Assembly (NCBI GenBank): GCA_049969475.1
Contig: JBMFOU010000020.1
Coordinates: forward strand, 110 to 64,109
Direction: 5' to 3'
Length of the DNA: 64,000 nt
Source: Bacteroidales bacterium
GTDB taxonomy: Bacteria; Bacteroidota; Bacteroidia; Bacteroidales; TTA-H9
Each line of letters starts with the position of its first letter. The first letter of the stretch is position 1. A program made the position numbers and the translations under genes. Below the pieces are notes generated by a model. That model ran no database searches and was not told the origin of the DNA. It saw only the letters and a program-made list of their open reading frames with translations. Positions 50,380 through 59,909 of this stretch are shown one piece after another.

Positions 50380-50729
50380 AAAAGATTCTCATTATCGACG
50401 ATTCTTCTCTTTCTCGTAAGATCATCCGGCGAATGATTGGTGAAGAAAGTTATGAGTTTATCGAAGCGGGTGAAGGCCTGGCAGCCATTGAAGCCTATAA
50501 GGCAAACCACCCTGACCTGGTTTTGCTCGACCTCAACATGAGTGGCATGTCGGGTATGGAAGTGCTCCGGCATATCAAAGAAATTGACTCTCAGGCCCGG
50601 ATCATTATCGGAAGTGCCGATATTCAGCAGGCCACTATCGACGAGTTTATGGCTGCCGGAGCCACTGCCTACATTACCAAACCCTTCAAACAGGAGCAAA
50701 TAAAGGAAATTCTGAAACGATTTATCTGA
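50376..50729 (+). CDS. cheY: CheY-like single-domain response regulator (second copy)
   Basis: ILIIDDS, LVLLDLNMSGMSG, ITKPF. ATGA overlap with cheB. Confidence 0.88.
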   Translation: MKKILIIDDSSLSRKIIRRMIGEESYEFIEAGEGLAAIEAYKANHPDLVLLDLNMSGMSGMEVLRHIKEIDSQARIIIGSADIQQATIDEFMAAGATAYITKPFKQEQIKEILKRFI

Positions 50730-50754
50730 ATTCATTTAATTCATTACCTCAACC

Positions 50755-51300
50755 ATGATACTAACAAACACCCAGAAAGATAATCTGACCGAGCTAATAA
50801 ATATTGGGTTTTCGAGAGCGGCGGCCGCCCTATCAGAGCTTACGGGCGATCGCATCCTCCTGGAAGTACCTAAAGTGAATGTTGTTCCGGTGAATGAGCT
50901 TTCAAAACGACTATCTCCCATGGCTGATGGTGAAGTGACTACTGTGCATCAGCTTTTTGCTGGGGAGGTGAGTGGCGATGCCATGCTCATTCTCAACCGC
51001 CAGGGTGCACTACTGCTGACAGACTTGCTCACAGAATCAGAAACCGGAACCTACACCGACTTCAGCTCCACCGTTAAGGAGGTACTTCTCGAGGTGGGCA
51101 ACATCATTCTTAACTCCTGTTTGGGGATGTTTGGTAACCTTCTGAAAGTGCATTTCACCTTCAGCGTGCCTGAACTCCATATAAATGCCATAGAAGAAAT
51201 GCTGAAAACACTCGACGCGGGAGAAAAAAGGGTGGACTACGCTCTGCTGGTGTTTATGGGTTTTCGTTGCGCGAGAAATTTATTTCCGGAAACCTGGTGA
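50755..51300 (+). CDS. cheC: CheC-type CheY-P phosphatase, C-terminus displaced by a frameshift (continuation in the -1 frame to 51380)
   Basis: Two copies of the CheC/FliY/CheX active-site pattern (D/S)-x3-E-x2-N-x22-P: DNLTELIN-22 aa-P and EVLLEVGN-22 aa-P. After ...ALLVFMGF the protein-like sequence SLREKFISGNLVIVLGVISLAKLLEKINRLDDLMLEES continues in the frame one base back. Confidence 0.75.
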   Translation: MILTNTQKDNLTELINIGFSRAAAALSELTGDRILLEVPKVNVVPVNELSKRLSPMADGEVTTVHQLFAGEVSGDAMLILNRQGALLLTDLLTESETGTYTDFSSTVKEVLLEVGNIILNSCLGMFGNLLKVHFTFSVPELHINAIEEMLKTLDAGEKRVDYALLVFMGFRCARNLFPETW

Positions 51301-51392
51301 TTGTGCTCGGTGTAATTTCGCTAGCCAAATTGCTTGAGAAAATTAATCGCCTGGATGATTTAATGTTGGAAGAATCCTAAAACTTTCGCCGC

Positions 51393-54300
51393 ATGAAGGA
51401 CGCTCTGCTTAAGTGGATGATGGGAGCATCGGGCATGGGAATCCTGCTGCTCGACAAGGATTTGAATATTATGGACGTTAATGAGTGGGTACTGCTAAAA
51501 ACAGGTAAGCGGCGAGATGAGATTATTACTTGCCCGATTACAAGGGTCTTTCCCGAGATAACCGAACTTAAAAACGATCGTTATCTGCAAGCAGCACTCA
51601 AAGGCGAAATTCATGTGCTTTCAGGACGTTTTCACAAGTACTTCATCCGTATTCCAGTGGAGTATCCCGATGGCAAGGTCGATTATATGCTCCAAAGTGC
51701 CAATGTCAGCCCTCTTTACGAGGGAGGTGAAATTGTGGGTGTAACAGTGGCTATACAGGATATTACCGAGCGTACCTTGTATGAAACACGTATCTCACAG
51801 CAATTGAAAGAATTAAAGGATAAAAATTACAAGCTGGAGCAGTCTGAGCAACAATACAAGGAATTAATCGAATCGACCGAGGCCATCGCATGGGAGTACG
51901 ACATTGAAGAAGACCGATGGACCTATATAGCCCCACAGATAGAGAAAATATTCGGGTTCTCAAGGCATGAAGCCATGGAACCCGGGTTTTGGATGTCGCA
52001 TATCCACCCGTTGGATGTCGAAAAAATAATCGCCCTCTACAAAGCATTTCCTGATACGGTCGAAAATCTTACGCTCGTATACCGTTTCAGGGACAAACAA
52101 GGGAAATTTCGGTGGGTAAGAGATTTTGTTCAAGTTTCATTGTCGCGAAAAAAGGGGATGGTGCGGCGTGGAATTATGCTCGATATCACCGCCAGCCGCG
52201 AAGCAGAAGAACAGATTCGTTATAATGAAGCTCTCTTTCGTACTACACTCTACAGTATAGGCGATGGTGTAATAACCACCAACAGCCTGGGTAACGTTAG
52301 GCAAATGAATCCTGTGGCAGAGCTACTCACAGGCTGGAAAGAAGAGGAAGCTACAGGCAAGCCCCTGGCAGAAGTGTTTCGGATTATTTCAGAGGATTCA
52401 CGCCTTCCAGTGGACGATCCAGTTATAAAGGTTTTAAGGGAAGGGAAAGTGGTTGGATTAGCCAATCATACGCTGCTCATCAGCCGAGATGGCAGAGAAA
52501 TTCCTATCAGCGATTCCGGTGCTCCCATAAAAAATGACGATGGGGATATAACAGGGGTCGTTTTGGTTTTTCACGACCAAACCGAAGAAAGGGCTGCACG
52601 ACGCAAACTTGAAGAGAGCGAAGCCCGCTATCGCTATATGTTTTATAATAATCCTCAGCCCATGTGGATTTACGATCTGGATAGCCTGTCTTTTCTCGAG
52701 GTAAACGACGCTGCAGTAAAGCACTATGGTTACTCCAGAGATGAATTTTTAAGAATGACGATCAAAGACATTCGACCTGCTGAGGATATCCCCTTGCTTT
52801 TGAAAGACGTTGAGGCCACCAAACATCAACTCAATCAGGCAGGGCGCTGGAGGCATCTCAAGAAAAATGGTGAAGTCATTGATGTGGAAATTACTTCTTT
52901 TGCCGTAGAATTTGCCGGCAGGCCGGCCCGGCATGTCATGGTTAATGATATTACTGAACGCCTAAAAGCAGAAGAGGCATTGGCTGAAAGCGAACGTCGT
53001 TTCCGCAATTTGGCTGAAAATGCCCCTGACCTGATTTTTCACTATCAAATTCTGCCTGAACGGAAATTTACTTATGTCAGTCCTTCGGCCACTCAAATCA
53101 CTGGATATACGCCTGAGGAACATTATGCCGATCCTGACTTGGGCTTCAAAATTGTTGTTGATGAAGACAAACAAATTTTGGCCTCAGCATTGAATATTCA
53201 GCCGGGCGCAGGCCCAGTGAAGCTTAGCTTGCGTTGGAAACGTAAAGATGGTCATATAATCTGGACTGACCTGCGCATGGTGCCCATTTTTGATGAATCC
53301 GGCCAGTTGGTGGCGCTGGAAGGCATTTCGCGAGATGTAACAGAAGTGCGTCTTGCCCAGCTTTTGCAGGAAATTCAATACAATGTAGCAGAAGCTTTGG
53401 TAAAGACCACCGGATTGGAGGAATTGGTGGCCACTATTAAAAAGGAATTAAATAAAGTAATCGACACCACAAATTTCTATATTGCTTTTTATGATGAAAA
53501 TGATGATACTTTCCATTCGGTAATTTTTATTGACCAGGTTGACAGGGTTAGCAAATGGCCAGCCAAGGGCAGCCTTTCAAAATATTTGTTGAAGATTAAT
53601 AAAGCTGTTTTTCTTAAAAGAAAAGATATTGAACAACTGGCTGAAGATGGTGAAATTGAGATAATTGGACATCCGGCAGTCCATTGGTTAGGTGTACCTC
53701 TGAGAATGAGTGGGGTTACAGAGGGGGTTATGGTTGTTCAATCATACTCCGAAGACATTCCTTTTTCAGAGCAATTGCTTCAGGTTTTGGAAGAAATTGG
53801 CATTGGAGTCAGCTTATTTATTGAGCAAAAGAAGCAAATGATGGTAGCCCAGCAATTGCTTATTGGCATAGAGAGCAGCCCTGTAAGTACTCTAATAACT
53901 GATAGAGAGGGTTATATTCTGTATGTGAATAATGCTTTTTATAAGACTACAGGTTTTACTCCGTCCGATATTAAGCGGCAAACTCCCAGGATTCTTAAAT
54001 CAGGACTTCACCCGGCCGACTATTACGAAAAAATGTGGCAAACTATCGTTTCGGGCGAGCCCTGGAAAGGACAGATTTTAAACAAACGTAAAGACGGAAG
54101 CACTTTTTGGGCTACCTTGGTTATTTCTCCCATGAAAAATAAGGAAGGAATCATTACCCACTTTATTGCCGTAATGCAGGATATTACGGAAGAAATTGAA
54201 ATGATTACCGCTTTACATGAAGCTAAAGAAAAGGCAGAAGAGAGCGACCGTCTCAAATCGGGCTTTCTGGCCAATATGAGCCACGAAATTCGTACCCCTC

Positions 54301-55349
54301 TCAACGGTATTATTGGTTTTGCAGAAATGCTGGCTACAGGCCATGCCAGCCCCGAAGAGGTTACTGAATTCGGGCAGGTGATTCTGTCGAGTAGTACAAG
54401 GCTCCTGGAATTGCTAAACAATATCGTTGATCTTAGCAAAATAGAGGCGGGGGCTGAAGAAATCGTCTGGTCGTCGGTATCTCCTGCCGGAATTATTGAT
54501 GAAGTGCTGGCGCAGATGAATTCATTGGCCAGCAAAAAGCATATTGGACTTAGGAAAAAAATTGCCCCAGAGGTAGAAGATCTGGTCATAATGTCCGATG
54601 TATCCAAACTGCATCGTATTTTGGTTAATTTGGTGAATAACGGAATCAAGTTTACGGATAAGGGATACGTGGAAGTGGCCTGCTCAGTTGAAAGTGATAA
54701 TCTGGTGGTGAAAGTAATCGATTCAGGCAGGGGTATAGCTCCGGAGCATCTGCCCCGTATTTTTGAGCGTTTCTACCAAACAGATTATTCTTATAGCCGA
54801 GGATGGGAGGGGGCTGGCCTGGGATTGGCTATTTCCAAAGGGCTCGTAGAAATGCTGGGAGGTACTATCTGGGTGGAGTCGAAGCTGGGAGAAGGCTCTG
54901 TTTTTGCCTTTACTCTCCCCATCAAAGAAGCCCCCAAAGCTAAATCAGAGTCAAATATCAAGGCGAAGGATTTAATTCCGACCCGACAGCTCAAAGTGAT
55001 GGTAGCAGAAGATGATATATCGAGTTACAACTATTTAAAAATTCTTCTCTCCCGCATGGGATGCGAAGTATTACATGCTCCCGACGGCCTGAAGGCAATA
55101 GAGCTTATGCAAGACCACCCAGATATAGACCTCGTATTGATGGATATTAAGATGCCGGGTATGGATGGTTTTGAAGCTGCCCGGCAAATTCGAAAAATCA
55201 ATCCCAAAGTTGTCATTATTGCCCAGACGGCCCATGCCATGGCCGGCGACAGAGAAAGAATTCTCTCCGCTGACTTCGACGATTATTTATCCAAGCCCAT
55301 ACGGAGTGCCGTTTTAATCGAGACCATTCGTAAATTTTTTCCCAAATAA
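51393..55349 (+). CDS. Multi-PAS / GAF hybrid sensor histidine kinase (PAS x5-6, GAF, HisKA, HATPase, REC)
   Basis: 1318 aa. Repeated PAS cores ending in DITERK/DITEE, H-box MSHEIRTPLNGI, GAGLGLAISK, C-terminal REC (VMVAEDD, LVLMDIKMPGMDG, LSKP). Confidence 0.9.
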   Translation: MKDALLKWMMGASGMGILLLDKDLNIMDVNEWVLLKTGKRRDEIITCPITRVFPEITELKNDRYLQAALKGEIHVLSGRFHKYFIRIPVEYPDGKVDYMLQSANVSPLYEGGEIVGVTVAIQDITERTLYETRISQQLKELKDKNYKLEQSEQQYKELIESTEAIAWEYDIEEDRWTYIAPQIEKIFGFSRHEAMEPGFWMSHIHPLDVEKIIALYKAFPDTVENLTLVYRFRDKQGKFRWVRDFVQVSLSRKKGMVRRGIMLDITASREAEEQIRYNEALFRTTLYSIGDGVITTNSLGNVRQMNPVAELLTGWKEEEATGKPLAEVFRIISEDSRLPVDDPVIKVLREGKVVGLANHTLLISRDGREIPISDSGAPIKNDDGDITGVVLVFHDQTEERAARRKLEESEARYRYMFYNNPQPMWIYDLDSLSFLEVNDAAVKHYGYSRDEFLRMTIKDIRPAEDIPLLLKDVEATKHQLNQAGRWRHLKKNGEVIDVEITSFAVEFAGRPARHVMVNDITERLKAEEALAESERRFRNLAENAPDLIFHYQILPERKFTYVSPSATQITGYTPEEHYADPDLGFKIVVDEDKQILASALNIQPGAGPVKLSLRWKRKDGHIIWTDLRMVPIFDESGQLVALEGISRDVTEVRLAQLLQEIQYNVAEALVKTTGLEELVATIKKELNKVIDTTNFYIAFYDENDDTFHSVIFIDQVDRVSKWPAKGSLSKYLLKINKAVFLKRKDIEQLAEDGEIEIIGHPAVHWLGVPLRMSGVTEGVMVVQSYSEDIPFSEQLLQVLEEIGIGVSLFIEQKKQMMVAQQLLIGIESSPVSTLITDREGYILYVNNAFYKTTGFTPSDIKRQTPRILKSGLHPADYYEKMWQTIVSGEPWKGQILNKRKDGSTFWATLVISPMKNKEGIITHFIAVMQDITEEIEMITALHEAKEKAEESDRLKSGFLANMSHEIRTPLNGIIGFAEMLATGHASPEEVTEFGQVILSSSTRLLELLNNIVDLSKIEAGAEEIVWSSVSPAGIIDEVLAQMNSLASKKHIGLRKKIAPEVEDLVIMSDVSKLHRILVNLVNNGIKFTDKGYVEVACSVESDNLVVKVIDSGRGIAPEHLPRIFERFYQTDYSYSRGWEGAGLGLAISKGLVEMLGGTIWVESKLGEGSVFAFTLPIKEAPKAKSESNIKAKDLIPTRQLKVMVAEDDISSYNYLKILLSRMGCEVLHAPDGLKAIELMQDHPDIDLVLMDIKMPGMDGFEAARQIRKINPKVVIIAQTAHAMAGDRERILSADFDDYLSKPIRSAVLIETIRKFFPK

Positions 55350-55420
55350 ACCAAGTACAACTTGGTTACTCGTTCTGTATATTTTACCCCAACACCACTT
55401 TAGATTGACAATAAACAGTA

Positions 55421-55458
55421 AAGAGGCTGTCTCGGTCTTCAGGGACAGCCTCTTTTAA
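55421..55458. terminator. Bidirectional hairpin terminator between the che-like operon and the convergent S9 peptidase gene
   Basis: aagaggctgtc (55421-55431) pairs with gacagcctctt (55444-55454), an 11-bp stem with T-rich flanks on both strands. Confidence 0.6.
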
Positions 55459-55577
55459 TTATTGTTAAGCGAAATTTTATGGAATTTAAATATTTAGAGA
55501 GAACCATCATTCCAACCTTTCGGCCCTGGCTATCACGACGTTAAGGGTAGCGTTCTCCTATTTAAACCCCATTATTG

Positions 55578-57662
55578 TTATTTCAGCCATTTATCCAACC
55601 AGTCGAAAAATACCCTTTGCCAGAGAACTGAGTTTTGAGGTTTAAGCACCCAGTGGTTTTCGTCAGGAAAGTAAAGATACTCGGCCGGTATGCCTCGCAA
55701 AATCGCCGCGTTGAATGCTGCCATTCCCTGGGAAGCAACTATGCGGTAGTCTTTTTCACCATGAATGATAAGAATGGGTGTATCCCATTTGTCCACAAAA
55801 CGATGGGGCGAATTGGCATAAGAGCGCTGAGCCACAGGGTTTCCTTTATCCCAGTAGGGCCCTCCAAGGTCCCAATTTACAAACCACATTTCCTCGGTTT
55901 CTAAGTACTGAGATTCAAGATTGAACATTCCGTCGTGGGCGATGAATGCCTTAAAACGTTTGTTGTGGTGCCCGGCTAACCAGTAGACGCTAAATCCACC
56001 ATAGCTTGCACCCACGGCTGCCAGGCGGTTCTCGTCGCTCCAAGGTTCGGCTGCCACATCGTCAATGGCACTAAGGTAATCCTGCATATTTTGACCTCCA
56101 TAGTCGCCCGAAATTTGTTCCTTCCAGGCCTGGCCAAATCCAGGGACACCCCTGCGGTTAGGAGCTACCACGATGTATCCATGGGCAGCCATGATCTGGA
56201 AATTCCATCGATACGACCAGAACTGACTCACAGCATTTTGCGGCCCTCCAGCACAGAAGAGCAGCGTGGGGTATGCTTTGGTACTATCGAAATCGGGTGG
56301 GAAAATAATCCAGGAATGCATCTGCTTGCCGTCTGTCGTTTTAATCCATCGGGCCTTCACTTCCCCCATTTTTATTTGTTCGAGTAAAGGCTTATTAATG
56401 AAGGATATTTCCCGGTCGACTCCTGTATTGGGATCGATGGCATAAATCTCGTCGGGCTTGCTTATCGACATTTTTATACCATAAAGTCCCTGGGCCGAGG
56501 CCACAATGCTCTTGTAATCGTGAGCTCCCTGGGTAAGGGGTGATAACTTCTGGGTGTTGAAATCGAAAACGTATACCTGATGGGTTCCTTCCACCACGGC
56601 GATGGAGTAGATTTTGGAACCATCGGGGCTCCAACAGGGAGAGGCCAGATCGTTGTCGAATCCCTGGCTCAGCCAGGTTTTCTCGCCCGACTTCAGATCT
56701 GCCATGAAAAGACGGTTGAGGTCAGCCTCGTAGCCGTCGCGTTCCATGCTCAACCAGGCAATACGACTGCCATCAGGCGAGAATACGGGCTCCATGTCGT
56801 ATCCGGCCATGCCTTCTGTGAGGTTGGTTGTGTGGCCGGTTTCAAGGTTATAAAGATAAATATCTGTATTGGTGCTCAGAGCGTAGGCTTTACCTTCTTT
56901 TTTGCGGCATGTATAAGCTATGGTTTTTCCATCGGGACTGATGGCTACTTGCTCCATACCCCCCCAGGGACGTACAGGCGATTCCCAGGGCTCTCCTTCC
57001 ATGATATCTTTGCCTGTGCTGATGGTCTGCCCATTGTAATAAGCAATAAAGATGTGTGAATAGGCATCTACCCAACTATCCCAATGTCTGTACATTAAGT
57101 CGTTCATGAGTCGTCCACTGGTTTTGTCGAGGCCCTCAAAGAGTTTTTCGTTGATACGCTTGCGAGGTACGTCACTCGAATATACCAATAGCTTCATATC
57201 TTTTGAAAAACGGTAGCCGTTGACACCCGCCTCGATTTGGGTTATCTGTTTACGGTTTCTACCATCGGCATCCATCATCCAAACCTGCATACTCCCCGAC
57301 TCTGGTGAAAGGAAAGTAATTTTGCCTTCAGGAGTCCAGCGGGCCTCTTGTTCCGAAAAGGATGTATAAGTGATCTGCTTTCGCTCACTACCATCAACGT
57401 TCATCACATACAATTCCCTGTTTCCTTTGTTTTGGGCAACATCGTACCATGAAACACCAAAGAGAATTTTGCTTCCGTCAGGCGATACCTCGACTTCGCT
57501 TACCCTGCCCATGGCCCAGAGGAGTTCAGGGGTTAAGAGGCCATTTTCTACCTTAAGATCTTTGGGGCCAATTAAAGCATCGCCCCCGGGAGCCTGTTTT
57601 TTCTGGCATCCTGTAAACAAGGCTGCAAGGGCCATTGTTAACAGAAATAAAAACTTTCTCAT
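55578..57662 (-). CDS. S9 family serine peptidase (beta-propeller + prolyl oligopeptidase-type alpha/beta hydrolase), lipoprotein
   Basis: Lipobox LFTGC, TolB/WD40-like propeller repeats (SPDG...), nucleophile elbow GASYGG, HGEKDYRV. Confidence 0.88.
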   Translation of the reverse strand: MRKFLFLLTMALAALFTGCQKKQAPGGDALIGPKDLKVENGLLTPELLWAMGRVSEVEVSPDGSKILFGVSWYDVAQNKGNRELYVMNVDGSERKQITYTSFSEQEARWTPEGKITFLSPESGSMQVWMMDADGRNRKQITQIEAGVNGYRFSKDMKLLVYSSDVPRKRINEKLFEGLDKTSGRLMNDLMYRHWDSWVDAYSHIFIAYYNGQTISTGKDIMEGEPWESPVRPWGGMEQVAISPDGKTIAYTCRKKEGKAYALSTNTDIYLYNLETGHTTNLTEGMAGYDMEPVFSPDGSRIAWLSMERDGYEADLNRLFMADLKSGEKTWLSQGFDNDLASPCWSPDGSKIYSIAVVEGTHQVYVFDFNTQKLSPLTQGAHDYKSIVASAQGLYGIKMSISKPDEIYAIDPNTGVDREISFINKPLLEQIKMGEVKARWIKTTDGKQMHSWIIFPPDFDSTKAYPTLLFCAGGPQNAVSQFWSYRWNFQIMAAHGYIVVAPNRRGVPGFGQAWKEQISGDYGGQNMQDYLSAIDDVAAEPWSDENRLAAVGASYGGFSVYWLAGHHNKRFKAFIAHDGMFNLESQYLETEEMWFVNWDLGGPYWDKGNPVAQRSYANSPHRFVDKWDTPILIIHGEKDYRIVASQGMAAFNAAILRGIPAEYLYFPDENHWVLKPQNSVLWQRVFFDWLDKWLK

Positions 57663-57742
57663 ACAAATAATTTTTTATAAATTGGTCATTGTTTTGTGCC
57701 CCAAAAGTGCGAAAAATCGTCTTTGATAGAAAGCTTTTGTAT

Positions 57743-57750
57743 TAACTTTG
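57743..57750 (+). promoter_or_regulatory. -7 promoter box (TAacTTTG) for the terminal two-component cluster
   Basis: taactttg, 18 nt upstream of ATG 57768. Confidence 0.45.
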
Positions 57751-57767
57751 GTTAACAACAGTTACCT

Positions 57768-59909
57768 ATGAAAAAAAATGATGATGTAAACAAACAATCG
57801 TTCAGAGAATTAATCCGAAGAGAGTATTTTAAAGCAGCCCTTATCCCTATTCTGATAATCGAATTGATGCTGCTGGTGCTTTACTTCAGTATTAACCACT
57901 ATAAAAACATTAAGACCCGTGATACCCTGTTGACAGAGGCCAGGATTAACCTGCAGGAAATTTCTAAACGCGAAGCACAAAAAATTGATCAACAGCTTAC
58001 CAGAATCTCAGCCTTAGCCCGAATTCTTCAAAAAGAGCACGAACGTTTTTTTGCAAACCCCGAAAAGTTTCCCTTACCTGCAGGTGAGCCCATCCTCAAG
58101 GTAGCTCCCAATGGTTCAATGTACAAAGAAAATAACAATGGCGGTTCAAGTGTCTATTATTCTGACCTGATACCTTTCACGGCCGAAAGTTTCCGTAAGG
58201 CACGCAGTACCGAAGCCCTCGACCCGCTATTCAAAGCGGTTTATGAAGCTGATTCAAACATTGTGGCAGTTTACCTCAATACCTGGGATAATATGAACCG
58301 ATATTATCCTTTCATTGAAAATACCTACAAGCAATATGAACCCAAAATGAACATTCCTCAATTCAACTTTTATTACGAAGCCGACGCTAAGCATAATCCC
58401 TCACGGGGTGTTGTATGGACGGATGCTTATCTTGATCCGGCTGGCCAAGGTTGGATGGCTTCTTGCATTGTTCCTATCTATAAAGGAGATTTCCTCGAGG
58501 GAGTTACGGGAATTGATGTTACGGTAGAACGCTTTGTAAAAAATGTTTTAAAGCTCAAACTACCCTGGGAGGGAGTTCCATTGTTGGTCGACAGAAATAA
58601 GGGTATACTGGCCATGCCCCCCGAAGCTGAAAAGATTTTTGGCCTGGTTGAACTCAAATCGCACGAATACAATGAAACAGTTAAGCATGATACCTATAAA
58701 CCCGATGACTATAACCTGTTGAAGAACCCCAACATTCCTAAGGAGTTTAAGGCATTTGTAAAGTCGAATAATTCACTGGTAGAAATTAAGCTAGGACAAA
58801 AGACTTACCTGATTACCCGACATAAGATTCCTGAAACAGGGTGGGAGTTTTATGCATTTATCAACGAGGATATACTGTTTGGTCCCATTTACAAGCTGCA
58901 CAGGTTGGGAACCATACTGGGTATCATAGCCCTTGCATTCCTCATCATTTTCTATATCCCCTTCTTTATTGCTCTGTTGAAGCGCTCCGATGTTATTGCC
59001 GCTCGCATTATTTCACCTCTAGAGTATTTGATTCAGGCTACTGCAGAAGTTTCACAAAAAGTAAAGCAGGTTGACCTTAAACCTGTGGGTATTGAAGAAA
59101 TAGACCTGCTCACTGCTAATTTCAATCAAATGACCGAAGAGCTAAAAGCTATGTACGATAGGCTGGAAGAAAAAGTGGCCCAGGCTGTTCGTCAGCTTCG
59201 CGATAGGGACCATATGCTCATCAAACAATCGAGGCTAGCAGCCATGGGTGAAATGATTGGAAACATTGCTCACCAATGGCGGCAGCCCCTCAACTCCATC
59301 GCAGTGATGATTCAAAATCTTGAAGACGCTTATATTTACGGCGAGATGAATGAAGCCTATCTTCGTGAGAAGATCGGTCGTATCATGGAGATCATCAACT
59401 TCATGTCCCAAACTATCGACGATTTCCGTTATTTCTTTAAACCCGACAAGGAAAAAATGGAATTTAGCCTGAGTCAGACCATCGAGCAAGCTTTAAACTT
59501 TGTGAGTAGCTCACTGTTGCATAACAATATCAATCTTGAAAAGAATCTGGCCGAAGGTATCTACACAGAAGGTTATCCCAACGAATTTGCCCAGGTGGTT
59601 TTAAATATAGTGAACAATGCGAAAGAAATCCTCCTGGAACGCAAAATCAGCAATCCTGAGATAAAAATAAATCTCTCTCAGGTTGAGGGATATGCTGTAA
59701 TCACCATTTCCGACAACGCAGGGGGCGTGTCACCAGAGGTCATGGAAAAAATCTTTGAACCCTATTTTACCACCAAAGAGATGGGTACCGGACTGGGCTT
59801 ATACATGTCGAAGACCATCATCGAATCGAACATGAAGGGCCGCCTAAAGGTATTCAACGACGAGCAGGGCGCGGTGTTCTCCATTGAATTACCTATAGTA
59901 GGCAAATAA
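57768..59909 (+). CDS. Cache-domain sensor histidine kinase (TM - dCache-like - TM - HAMP-like - HisKA - HATPase)
   Basis: Two TM segments flank a ~330-aa periplasmic domain. H-box IAHQWRQPLNSI. GTGLGLYMSK. Confidence 0.85.
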   Translation: MKKNDDVNKQSFRELIRREYFKAALIPILIIELMLLVLYFSINHYKNIKTRDTLLTEARINLQEISKREAQKIDQQLTRISALARILQKEHERFFANPEKFPLPAGEPILKVAPNGSMYKENNNGGSSVYYSDLIPFTAESFRKARSTEALDPLFKAVYEADSNIVAVYLNTWDNMNRYYPFIENTYKQYEPKMNIPQFNFYYEADAKHNPSRGVVWTDAYLDPAGQGWMASCIVPIYKGDFLEGVTGIDVTVERFVKNVLKLKLPWEGVPLLVDRNKGILAMPPEAEKIFGLVELKSHEYNETVKHDTYKPDDYNLLKNPNIPKEFKAFVKSNNSLVEIKLGQKTYLITRHKIPETGWEFYAFINEDILFGPIYKLHRLGTILGIIALAFLIIFYIPFFIALLKRSDVIAARIISPLEYLIQATAEVSQKVKQVDLKPVGIEEIDLLTANFNQMTEELKAMYDRLEEKVAQAVRQLRDRDHMLIKQSRLAAMGEMIGNIAHQWRQPLNSIAVMIQNLEDAYIYGEMNEAYLREKIGRIMEIINFMSQTIDDFRYFFKPDKEKMEFSLSQTIEQALNFVSSSLLHNNINLEKNLAEGIYTEGYPNEFAQVVLNIVNNAKEILLERKISNPEIKINLSQVEGYAVITISDNAGGVSPEVMEKIFEPYFTTKEMGTGLGLYMSKTIIESNMKGRLKVFNDEQGAVFSIELPIVGK

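Noticed and set aside
50112-50735. 207-aa minus-strand ORF spanning the cheB-cheY junction.
   Set aside because: It is antisense to two canonical, translationally coupled che genes and has no domain signature.
54023-54649. 208-aa minus-strand ORF inside the hybrid kinase. The same applies to 61343..61861 inside the response regulator and 61952..62368 across the next junction.
   Set aside because: They are antisense shadows of conserved HisKA/HATPase/REC coding sequence.
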